From assembly GCA_048013815.1 (NCBI GenBank), contig CM106585.1, positions 23,932,001-23,996,000 on the forward strand: a stretch of 64,000 nucleotides of DNA, in the 5' to 3' direction. Below are positions 24,367-35,100 of this stretch, piece after piece. How positions within the stretch are numbered: the first letter of the stretch is position 1; each line of letters begins with the position of its first letter. Below the pieces are notes generated by a model. That model was not told the DNA's origin. It saw nothing but the letters and a program-made list of their open reading frames with translations, and did no database searches. Position numbers and translations under genes: made by a program. The DNA comes from Setoptus koraiensis. Taxonomy: Eukaryota; Animalia; Arthropoda.

Positions 24367-24461
24367 GCGTTCGTTCCTTAACACTACCAGCGACCGATCA
24401 ACCAAACCAAATGCTATATAGTGATGGGGGGAGATCTCACTGGGCAGTAGATTGATCACCC
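24365..24461 (+). repeat. Dispersed ~90-97 bp element, copy 1 (inverted homologue at 31621-31707)
   Basis: gagcgttcgttccttaacactaccagc...atgctatatagtgatggggggagatctcactgggcagtagattgatcaccc aligns to the reverse complement of 31621-31707 at roughly 80% by eye, with one ~9-nt indel. Confidence 0.8.
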
Positions 24462-24630
24462 CCATTGCTAGGTTAAAAAAATTCGATTTTGGCGCACACA
24501 CACAAGTGAAAACATTGAAAACGTGATCATTTTTTGCATTTGCACTTATTCGCATTTGGACTCATTCGCATTTGGATGACTTTAACTTTGCCATTATTGT
24601 TTCATATAACATTCAACTTATTGTGAAAGG

Positions 24631-25530
24631 ATGGAAAAGAAAATTATTAAAGAGGGATCAGGTGAGGCCGATGCCTGTCCGGCCATTGGGCACGAGGTCA
24701 CTGTACATTATGTGGGCAAATTTCTCGATGGCAAGGAATTCGATTCCTCTCGGTCTAGGGGAACCCCATTTAGTTTTACACTAGGCGAAGGCTCTGTTAT
24801 CCAGGGATGGGAAATCGCCGTCAAGCAGATGCGTCGAGGCGAAATCGCCGAATTCACCATGCCGCCGGAGCTGGCCTACGGCGAGCGTGGAATGCCACCA
24901 ACAATACCGCCAAATTCTACGCTCATGTTTGAAATTGAACTGTTAGACTTTGTGCAAAACGACTCAAATAAATCTATCCATCGTATGTCATCCAAGGAAA
25001 GGATAGAGAAATGTGAAGAGACTAAATCTAAGGGGGCTGAGCTGTTCAAGAATGGCCAATATGAATTAGCTATCAAGGAATATCGTCACATATTGAAATT
25101 GTCGGAGATATCCGAATTGAGGGAGGAAGGCGACTTAGTTGAATTGAACAGTCCCGAGGCCGAAGAGAAGGCAGGTGATTCGGAGAGCGTTAAAAACGAA
25201 CGCAAATGTTTGAGACAAATGAAATTAGCTGGCCACCTCAATCTTGCTTTGTGCTATTTGAAGCTCAATAACACAAAAGAGTGCATTCAGAATTGTAACG
25301 ATGCTCTCAAATTGGACCCTGTCAATGTCAAGGCATTGTTTCGTAAGGGCCAGGCGTTTTCGTCTATCAACGAACACGAGAAAGCATTGAAGCACTTCGA
25401 GAAAGTATTAGAGGTGGATGCCAACAACGTGGAGGCCAGGGCTCAAATTAGTGCTTGTAACAACGCACTTAAATCCTACTACGAAAAACAAAAAAATATT
25501 TACAAGAATCTATTCCAAGCCAAGAAGTGA
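24631..25530 (+). CDS. FKBP4: FKBP-type peptidyl-prolyl isomerase with TPR domain (FKBP4/FKBP5-like Hsp90 co-chaperone), 299 aa
   Basis: VTVHYVGKFLDGKEFDSSRSRGTPFSFTLGEGSVIQGWEIAV...LAYGERGMPPTIPPNSTLMFEIELL (FKBP domain), followed by TPRs (KGAELFKNGQYELA; HLNLALCYLKL; NVKALFRKGQA) and a QKNIYKNLF tail like FKBP4/5. Confidence 0.85.
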   Translation: MEKKIIKEGSGEADACPAIGHEVTVHYVGKFLDGKEFDSSRSRGTPFSFTLGEGSVIQGWEIAVKQMRRGEIAEFTMPPELAYGERGMPPTIPPNSTLMFEIELLDFVQNDSNKSIHRMSSKERIEKCEETKSKGAELFKNGQYELAIKEYRHILKLSEISELREEGDLVELNSPEAEEKAGDSESVKNERKCLRQMKLAGHLNLALCYLKLNNTKECIQNCNDALKLDPVNVKALFRKGQAFSSINEHEKALKHFEKVLEVDANNVEARAQISACNNALKSYYEKQKNIYKNLFQAKK

Positions 25531-26702
25531 TCTCGCCAGTCTAACAACCCACAAATAGAAAAAATAAATAGTTGCTTTTTTACTATTGCTGTCGTTTTGA
25601 CATGAAATGAATCGAAGAAAGCCCAAGATTTCCTCTAACATAGCCTTTGCTTTTGGAGCATTCGTTGCAGATATGCCCAGAGTTGAGCAATTCTTCCCCC
25701 GGAAGTGTTTAGCGTGAACTCTCCTTTGAGTTTCACTTTCACTTGCCGGACCTTTGCTTCTGCTGGTGTGACAAAACTTTTATGAGTGCTGCAAATAAGT
25801 TCTCAAGAAAGTCGTCATATATGTAGCCCCAATTAGATTTTTATTGAAGGCTTTGCTCCATGCTCGAAGAGTAACTAGTGTTTCGGTGGAAACTCAATGG
25901 ATCAAGTCACTCTAAACCGTTACGACCGTTTCATGCCATTTTGGACGAAAGTGGATGAAACACTAAGAGTAACTGAATAGCCCCGTATTTTCCAAATAAG
26001 CCACTGAGCGGGATGAATCTTTCATTTTTTTTCTTCACCGATGCTTATTGTATTTTGCTCGATAGGAAGTGCATTGTTAATTGTACATCTATTCTTGACA
26101 TCGAACTCGCTGATTTTATAAAAAACTGTGATGTGTGTATTATGGTGATGCTGTTATAACAGTCAAATATAGATCAAAGGGGGACTGGTAGAATAAAAAA
26201 GAACATCTCATTCTATAGATTTGTAAATCTTGCATAAGTCCATCAAGCTGGTTATCGATTGTATGATCGTACTACTGATACACTCAAATGGAGCACTATT
26301 CTCAACACTTTAATATTGGATCGAAACATTTTGACTGATCTAGTCTGCAAATATGTCCTGAATAGTTGATTCTATTAGCTGTTTTCGAAGGCAGCCATCA
26401 TTCAGTGAAAGATCAAATGTTGTTTACCGATCGAAGAATATCCCAATATGAAGCAACGTCATTATAATTATTATTATATGACATTGTTAAGTCAACAAAA
26501 TAATTGTTGCACAATAGCTACCCAGTAGCCAAAATGTTGTATGACATATTGGAACCATAGTTCTATCCCAATTCTATTAGTTCAATATCTATATTCTGGG
26601 ACAACCTATACATATAATCTTCCATAGAATAAAATCCATTCTGCTGATAGATTACCAAATTCATGCTAGTCGCAATTAGATAAAAATATACTTTGAAGGA
26701 AG

Positions 26703-27319
26703 ATGGAATTAGTGAAATTTATCTCTTTCCTTATTGTAGTTTCGATCACAATTATGTCGATTGGTATTACGCTTATCAGAGGAGACGAAGATCTGGCCGT
26801 ATTGAAACCGGACAAGTTTGGTTTTACCATTCCCAACCCATTCTCGGATAAGCCATTCTTGGAGACAAACGCCAGACCAGATGGAAGATATTTTCTTTTT
26901 CATATTCCGTAAGTTAATCCATTTAAATAAATGAGAGTTGGAAAACTTATAATGTTGTTTGAGAGTATTCATAATCGAGTTTGATACTAATTAGAAAATT
27001 ATTTGATCTTCCTTTCATAACATAATCTATTATTAGGGTTATATACAATTTCGAAGTACTTCATCGCAGAGGTGATTTATGGGACTCCAAGCAGTCAATA
27101 ACTTTTCTTGGGGGCCTCACAGATTTCTACAGAAATCGCAGGAAAAATGCAGACGATAAACTGTTTGGTCCTATCAGAGTAAGCATCCTGAACATATATT
27201 CTTCCCCTTATGACCACCCACTCCAACGAACAGTATCTAAATCGAATTTTCTCAATCCTCTTTTTTCATATTGCATTTACACGAATACCAATGTTTTTCC
27301 TTTTGTTGGGTCCAACTAG
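26703..27319 (+). CDS. Unrecognised secreted protein A (~162 aa; exons 26703-26908, 27037-27319; 3' end uncertain)
   Basis: Hydrophobic N-terminus MELVKFISFLIVVSITIMSIGITLIRG. Donor cc|gtaagt at 26909 and acceptor tattag|g at 27036 give an in-frame exon 2 (PVIYNFEVLHRRGDLWDSKQSITFLGGLTDFYRNRRKNADDKLFGPIRVSIL...) that aligns to the protein at 28138. gtaagc at 27179 may be a second donor. Confidence 0.72.
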
Positions 27320-27998
27320 TTTTCCATGATTGGTATGACACTATATGACAATCACCAGCCAGAAATATGACCGGATCTGACGAATAACAAAACAAACAAA
27401 ATAATTCTCGGTTCTCTCAGTTCGACATAACTTCGATTATCGTGAAGGAATGAATTCATGAGCGATGCATTTGTTGACATTCCAACATGTTTTACATATA
27501 GTATCAGAATAGAAACAAAGAATGGTTCAGCACTTATCTAGATAATTGCAACAGAAATGGGTAATTTAGATTTGTATCGATATAATTTAAAGGCAATAAA
27601 GTAGATCATCTTGCCATCATCCATGCACATTACTCACAACCTGTCAGCGCGCAAATTGTCATGATTTGACGTTCGATACTAGTTGCGAATGACGTTGGAT
27701 ACAAACAATGTGGAATATTTTATATCCATTAATCCCTGTACTGATCTTTCAATATATCATGAATATTTATTATGAGTCATGCCGTATAATTTATCTTTGT
27801 TTACCTACTTGATGAATAATTACTCGTTGACAATGGTCATACCAATCATATATATCACAGTCACCACATTGTTGACTGAATAAGAGGATCTTGATAAGAG
27901 CTCTATGGCCAACTCACATGCGACTAACGCATAAATTTATGCACCAATATTTCGATTTTGTCCGGTGACCTTTTCTGTAATTTTGCAGCAACAATAAC

Positions 27999-28006
27999 TA
28001 TAAAAG
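27999..28006 (+). promoter_or_regulatory. TATA box upstream of secreted protein B
   Basis: TATAAAAG about 130 nt upstream of ATG 28138. Confidence 0.5.
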
Positions 28007-28137
28007 TAACGAAACCATCTCAAAGAATCTACCAGTAGAAAGTTTCGATAGAATTCACAAAGATAACATCGATAAAGTTTTCAATAAAGTGATATCAAGT
28101 CTAACATTGCAACAAAATCGAACATATAATATTGACC

Positions 28138-29014
28138 ATGAAGCTTCTAATTTCATCAGTCTTGGTGGTATGCTTGTGGGCTTGCGTCCAAGCTCAGTCC
28201 GACATTAGTTCAGAGACCCCAAGCATTCCTTCGGTACCATCGGTACCAGAAATTCCCTCTCTAAACAATGTCCTACCAAGTGGAACCACGAATCCGCTAA
28301 GCAACATCAACACCAACCTGAACTCATTGACCAACGGACTATCCAATTCCATACCCAACAACCCATTGAATGGTCTTCAACAAGGGCTGTCCAACCCTCT
28401 GCCAAACAATCCACTAAACAATCTTCAACAAGGATTGTCGAATTCGCTACCAAACAATCCTCTGGGAGGGTTTCAAAATAACGTCATTCCTTCAAATGGA
28501 CAACAATCGGGAGGTTTTTTCAGTAATATCATGAACAGTATTACCAGGCCTCTGGTAGATATCGGACCTAGTAGAGTATCTGAACAGGGTAGACACATTG
28601 GTGTCAATGTACCATTTATCTACAGTTTAGATATGGATACCAGAGGAACACCAGGTCAGTCACGATTGACCTCAAACACAATGATGGGACTTGTAAGAGT
28701 TGATAGGGATAGAGTGAGAGGTCCAGATGGAAAATTGACAGGTCCCGTTCAGGTGAGTTTATAATTATTTATTGAGGAAGTTACTTCCAGGTCCATATTG
28801 AATCCAAATCACTAATTCATTTAACTAACAATCAATCCATGTAATTCAGGTATCGTTGATGGGACTACCCATTTACAACAATGGTCAAGCAGCACCAGCA
28901 TCAGGAACACCGGTTGCACCTAATGGTTTGAGCAATGTTGTACCAAGTGGACTAACTAATCAATTACCCAGTGCTAGCACTGCAGATTCAGCTATTTCAA
29001 CTGCTAGCAGTTGA
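28138..29014 (+). CDS. Unrecognised secreted protein B (259 aa; exons 28138-28752, 28850-29014) with Asn/Pro/Leu-rich repeats
   Basis: Signal peptide MKLLISSVLVVCLWACVQA; 16-aa repeats NNPLNGLQQGLSNPLP; C-terminal domain shared with the protein at 26703. Intron 28753-28849 (cag|gtgagt ... aattcag|) is in frame. Confidence 0.82.
28290..28480 (+). repeat. 48-bp coding tandem repeat (about 3-4 units of NNPL(N/G)xLQQGLSNxLP)
   Basis: The protein repeat is conserved while the codons differ at many synonymous sites (e.g. aac aac cca ttg aat ggt ctt caa caa ggg vs aac aat cca cta aac aat ctt caa caa gga). Confidence 0.75.
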
Positions 29015-29944
29015 ATAGTTACATCATACCAAATATAAAAATGAATACCCAGAAGTAATATGGTTTTCTTTTCTTCACTTGTAATCGATATCGAAATGTT
29101 GTTATTGAAACAAAGGTCAAGCCCAGTCTTTTGCTTAGACAGGGGTCAGTATCAGTAAAAAGCTGTTAAATTCCCGAATCGAATAATAAAAACGAATTCA
29201 AAAAGAAATGATCACCATGAAAGATTCTTTTGCAGAGAAACTTATAGTTTGTTGTGTTCTATTTTTTCAGTCAGTTGAATCATTTAGTCGATCGATCAAA
29301 CGCACAGTTAGTGTTGAGTTGAGCGCGAACACTCTCTACCTATTCAGAATACATTGTGCAGAATGGCATATAAGTGTCAGCGCAATGAAGAAAGTTAATT
29401 ATATAGCGAAATTAATGCATCTAAATATTACAACAGATTATCACCTCATGGCTAGTAACATGTTTCCTCAATATAGTCGACAATGTTGTCTCGACATACG
29501 CTTGATAAGTGTCGCTCGCTTGTCACTGACAACTTGTGAATCAGTATCTTATTAATTTAAAGCCTGAATTTCTGAGAGGTGGATTTCGACAATTTTTGTG
29601 ACTTCTTACCGAAGACAAGGCCATAGAAAGTACAGAGCAACCAACAGCTCTCGCTTTCTAAAAGAATCCACCCTTCAAGTTGTTTGAGTCTGTTCTTCAC
29701 AGACAGGTTCATCGGCAGATTGAACGGGCTTGTAGCAGTTTATGCAAGCTCTATCCTGCCTGACGTACGTTGAGAGTGCAAAAGATTAAGATAAATATTA
29801 TTAGGTATAGCTCTATCCCTTGACGTGGTGTTATAAGATTAAAATCAATCAACAATCGCACAATTACACAAATACCGCCTCCGATTATCACTAACTATTG
29901 AATGGTATACAAGCTGGAAGAAAAAGATTTAATTTTCAAACACA

Positions 29945-31426
29945 ATGGATGGTAGAGAATTCGATATTATCGTTTACGGAGCCTCTGGTTTCACGGGTCA
30001 ATTTGTTGTGGAGGAGTTAGCTTACTGTACCAAGCAAGGCGATTTAAATTTAGATGATAATTTCAAATGGGCTATCGCGGGCAGAAATAGAAAGAAGTTG
30101 GAACAAGTACTAGAATGGACTGTGGAAAATAATATGGGTTGTGATGCAAGTATCATTGAAGCCGATTCCGACGATTACCAATCCATCTTGAGCATGTGTA
30201 AAAGAACTAAGCTTGTTATAAGTGTGATTGGACCGTACAGATTTTTTGGTAAGTAGACATGCTGACATATTGCTACTACACATGCATATATAGATGTTTC
30301 AATCAATAATATTCGTCTGTTGACTATATTCTCATCTATGCGAACAGGTGAAAATGTAGTGAAGGCTTGCGTCGAAGCTGGCACCAACTATGTTGACATA
30401 TCTGGCGAATTTCAATTCATTGAATTGATGCAATTAAAATATCATGAACAAGCCAAACAAAAGGAAATCTGCCTGGTATCCGCTTGCGGATGGGATTCAA
30501 TACCCACTGATCTGGGTGTCAGTTGGACAAAGAAAATTTGTAAAGTAGATTTGGCCGGTTGCGAGGTGGTGGTCGACGTCAAAATCAGCGGAGGAGTGGG
30601 AGCGAAAAAACTCAATTACGGAACATGGTGGTCGGCTATATATGCTGTGGGATGTTATGATGAATTATTACATATCAGGGAGAAACTTTACTCAGATATT
30701 TTGCCACCGCCTCCACCCGAGAGAAAACCATTAGGCAAGCTCCAGAAACGCAGCCTCATCCATTACAACGAAGAATCGCAAAAGATCTGTCTGCCGTTTA
30801 TTGGTCCCGATAAGACAGTTGTGAAACGGAGCCAACTCTACCGATGTCACACCAAGAACGAGAGACCAATCCATTGCGAGACATTCTTTGCTGTTGGCAG
30901 AAAATGCTCTAAGAACTACATTCCAGCTATATCTATGATCGCTGCAGTTGGCATTTTTACCTTGATCGCTAAATTCAGGTGCGGTCGCTATCTCCTTGAG
31001 AAATATCCAGGATTCTTTAGCTTTGGTGCAGTGTCTAGAGATGGTGTGCCCAGATCGGATCTGAAGAAAATCTCATTCACTCATACTATCAGTGGTTTTG
31101 GCTTTGATCGGTCACACAATGACCCAGAGAGATATTTGAACCAAGCACCATTGAAACGAATAGTGACAAAAATTTCCGGACCTGATCCAGGCTACACAGC
31201 AACATCGAGGTTCTTGGTGCACGCCGGCATAACGTTACTCAAAGATCGTTCAAAATTACCCGGTTTTGGTGTGCTAACTCCCGGTGCAGCATTCATCGAC
31301 ACAGATCTTATTAATAGACTAGAGAAGCGAGATATCAAATTCGAACTGAAGGAAGAATTTTATCGTTATGCATCTGGTGAGGACCCCTCAATCACAGTAG
31401 AGGAAGCGGAGCGAATGTCCAAATGA
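29945..31426 (+). CDS. SCCPDH: Saccharopine dehydrogenase-like oxidoreductase (460 aa; exons 29945-30248, 30348-31426)
   Basis: FDIIVYGASGFTGQFVVEEL (Rossmann motif), WAIAGRNRKKL, VIGPYRFF-G-ENVVKAC across intron 30249-30347, YVDISGE, GWDSIPTDLG, GPDPGYTATS, GVLTPGAAF. Confidence 0.93.
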
Positions 31427-31620
31427 AGCAAAAGCTGTATAAATGACTTACTAAATGTTACGATAATAATTCGTGTGTGATTTTCTTTGTTCATTTAACT
31501 ACTTCACCATGATCTCGATCTGGTAGGCATCGACTTCACAATGAAGTAATCACCTGGTTCCTCTAAGGAGCTGTTAGATTTTGGGTCGATTTTGAAAATA
31601 CTCTGCTACGGGGTGGTGGT

Positions 31621-31707
31621 GGGATATCAATCTCTCGCCCCGTGAGATCTCCTCCATCACTATCTAGCATCTGGCTGGTTGCTGGTAGTGTTGCGGAACG
31701 AGCGCTC
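31621..31707 (-). repeat. Dispersed ~90 bp element, copy 2
   Basis: Reverse complement aligns to 24365-24461. It lies in a GC-rich intergenic patch with small hairpins (ctcgct-ccg-agcgag; atctc...gagat). Confidence 0.8.
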
Positions 31708-32197
31708 GCTCCGAGCGAGATTTTTCGCTCCTAGTTCGCTGCGAAAATGACTTGTGACACCCATAAAGTTTGATGAAATTTTCACATCATATCAATCAGT
31801 GAAGACAAACGATTACTTGGTGTTAACAGTAAACTTTTCAGATAAAATGATCAATTTTCGTCTGGCTCGAAGCGAATATCCTAGCCGCAGCAATGCTGAT
31901 CCAGCTGCCAGCTGAGCTGGAGATCATTTCAAATCGAGCGCTTTTTTCCAATTGAAAATTGTGTTTTTGTTCGAGCATTTATATTTGTTTATTGTAGGCT
32001 CTTTAATCAATATCATTATCATTATTATATTATATTATATTATATATGTATTTGTAATATTATTATCATCACTACCATCATTATTTTATCACTACCATCA
32101 TTATTGTATCACTATCATTTAGATTATTATTTTTTATTATCAATTTTTAGCTCATCGAAGAAATTGAACAGAACAAACTGAACAGAATAGCTGCAAC

Positions 32198-35100
32198 ATG
32201 CCAAAAGCCAAAAACGAAGATGCTAGCCATATCGGATATAATACAATATTAATTGCAGATAGCATTAAATCACAATCAAATGAAACTAAAACAGTCAACG
32301 CTATCACGGCTCATCACTTCGACAGAGCTCGGATCAAATACAAACTGCCATTGATAAGAGCTCGCAGAATGCCTATTATTTCAACTATCACAATCATCTT
32401 ATTTGCGCTCTTTATTCACAATGAGGCAGCCAATAAAACTGCAAATCAAATTTTCACGCAAAAATTGCCATCTAGATCTAGTTCGCCAATTATACAGCAA
32501 TTGAGACCATTGACGCAAACACATAACACTATTAATGGAATAATCTATTCGCGACCAACTGCCACACAACCTAGTTCACAAAGCCGTTCACATTTGTCCA
32601 TACAGGTACCTCAAACTACACCTCAATTAATCAATAGCTTGAGCCCTAAATCTAACACAAAAAGCTTACATGATTCCAGTAGTCATCCAATCAAATCTTT
32701 AGTCGAACCCTCTTTAATCAAACCAGTTCATTTCCGAAGTGTTAGCGTAGCCCCAATGCCATCAGCCAACACAAGGTGGTCGGCTAGTGACGCCGTCAAT
32801 TTTAGTGCTCATGGTATGACTCATTTATACCTTCTGACCGACATGGTATTAGATTTCTTACTCCAAGACGAGCTACCCCACGATTTAATCAATCAGACAT
32901 TGCTAGATGATCCCCTCCCTGTCTTGATAGATAATAGAGCTAGTCTAATGGCACATTTCCACAAGGTACTTCTTGCTATCTGTCTGTGTTTATGTGTGTC
33001 CATTAGCATACCATTATTTGGTTTTCTAATAGCTTGTTGTTGGTGTACCGGAGGAAGCTCAGATGTTCCCAAGAGCCGTTCTAGGACTTATGCAAATGCT
33101 ACTCGTGCCAAATATTTAGGTCATCATTCTCGCTCCCATGGGCGTGAATCAAATCCAAATGAGTGGCCATCTTCATCTGTTCCAGGTTCCTCTGGTGGAT
33201 CAAGGGGAGCTAGACATAGAAGTCATGAAAGAGGCTACCGCTCTTCTAGTGGAGACTATCAAAGGCGTACTTCAAGAAGCGGTGGACATCACCATCATCA
33301 TAGGTCTAGATCTGAACCAAACATCAAGTACGAGTCTGCGTGCCATCCATGTTTGAGAACAATTATATCTTCGAACATGTTTATCAATCTATTACTTATG
33401 GCATTCTTCGCAGTATGCGCATTCGTCACTAATGAGTATGTATACAGTGGTGTCAATCAATTACCACGCACCATGAATCAGACATTAGATGACCTTCAAG
33501 TGTATCTGAATAATACAGATTCTGAGGTGGACAATCTATTTAGAACCAACTATATCCAACTTGAGAAAGAAGTAGGTAATCGCTTAGACACCAGCGGAGC
33601 TATTATTCAACAGAAGCTTGCTCACATATCTGAAGCAACAGCCTTAACCAATCTGACAGATTTGGTCATCGAATTAAATGACACCAAGTTGAATCTCGAG
33701 CAATTAGACAAAGAGTTGAATACTCTTGAAAAACTTTTGGATTTGACGAAACAACATTTGAAGACATTCAAGGACATAATCAGTAGAAATTGCCCAGATC
33801 TCCAGCTATGTCCAGTGCTATACAACTCTTATCCCTCTCTGAGTGAATCATTCAAGATTTATCATTATTACGAGAAATTACCCAACCTGACAGCACTTAT
33901 AAGCAAAATATCTAATTTACTTGATAGTGACATAATTTCGCAAGTGAAGGCCGGTAGGCAAAGCCTTGATCGCATCGGAACGACAATTCAGAAAGAAGTG
34001 AATCAGACACTACCCGAAATCAAAGCACAATTGACCTTAGTAGGTAGACAACTTTCACAAACAGCTACAGAGATCAGTCATTCTATTAAATGGTCGGAAA
34101 GTTTTTTTAAACAAAGTCGAAACAAAACGAAAGACCTCTCCCAATATACTCAATACGAACTATACAGGAGATACATTTGTCTCGGAGGCGCGGCTGTTAT
34201 TCTTTTCATATTATTCTGCTACTCATTGGGATGGCTGTATGGTTCTTGTCGTCAACAACCAACTTACAGAACTTGGAAAACAAAAGTGAAAACTTCAGCA
34301 TCATCTTCATTCCCATTTTCCTGCGGCATAGTGACCGTTTTCTTACTGTTTCTGCCAATGATGCTCGCCGCTTTAGCTTTATTTATGGTTGGTTCTATAG
34401 GCGACAAGATTATTTGCCAAGTCATGCAGCATCCAGAAAGACAGGAATCTAAAGCTGTCATTGCAATGTTGCAAAATAAATTTTTTGGTAGCAACGTGTC
34501 GTTATGGGTATCGGATGACGTTCTTCCAAAATTCTATTCTCAGGATCACAAATTGTACAAACCCAATCTCGCCGATATACTCAGCCGTTGCCATCAGAAT
34601 CTTAGTTTATACAAAGTCCTCAAGCTTGACACCTACGAAAGAGTACAACTCAGCGAGGAGAATGGTCGTATAGTAACTGTTGGATTGGATAGGACACTGA
34701 ATCTGACCGCAACATCCGAGTTTAAGAAGTTGAGCAATCTCGATCCCAGGCTCAAAGCATTATTGAAGTTCACTGAGTCAGATAGCATGAGTATTTTGTC
34801 AAAGGTCAATTTACTACCAATTTCCGCGGAAGATTTACTTCGCAAGTCTAAAAGCTTATCTTTTGAAGAAGTAGAGTCTGCGTTCAATAAGCTTTCTGAC
34901 ACTGGTACACAGATCTCACCTATCAATTTTGATACGTTGTCCAAAGAGCTCAAGGAAGAATTTGATAAGAGTAACAAAGCGGAGCTGAATTTCGCCGGGC
35001 TCGCGGCTGAGTCAATACACAAAACTGTTATACCGAATATAACTGTTTCTCTGACTAATCTCAAGGATGGTATCCGACATTTAAAACTCCGCATGTTTCA

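Noticed and set aside
25876-25965. tagtgtttc...ggacgaaag...gaaacacta resembling a hammerhead ribozyme
   Set aside because: The CTGANGA core is absent; it is only a 9-bp inverted repeat.
25978-26015. Minus-strand atcccgctcagtggc...atacggggctatt resembling RNase MRP CR-V
   Set aside because: No upstream GAAAGTCCCC (CR-I) partner, and the spacing is wrong.
29208-29555. 115-aa ORF with a signal-like start next to the secreted pair
   Set aside because: Lacks the shared GR...PxIY...KLxGP domain and any other support; probably chance.
32198-32368. Upstream ATG as the true prominin start
   Set aside because: The 57 extra residues precede the signal peptide. ATG 32369 fits better, though this cannot be settled from sequence alone.
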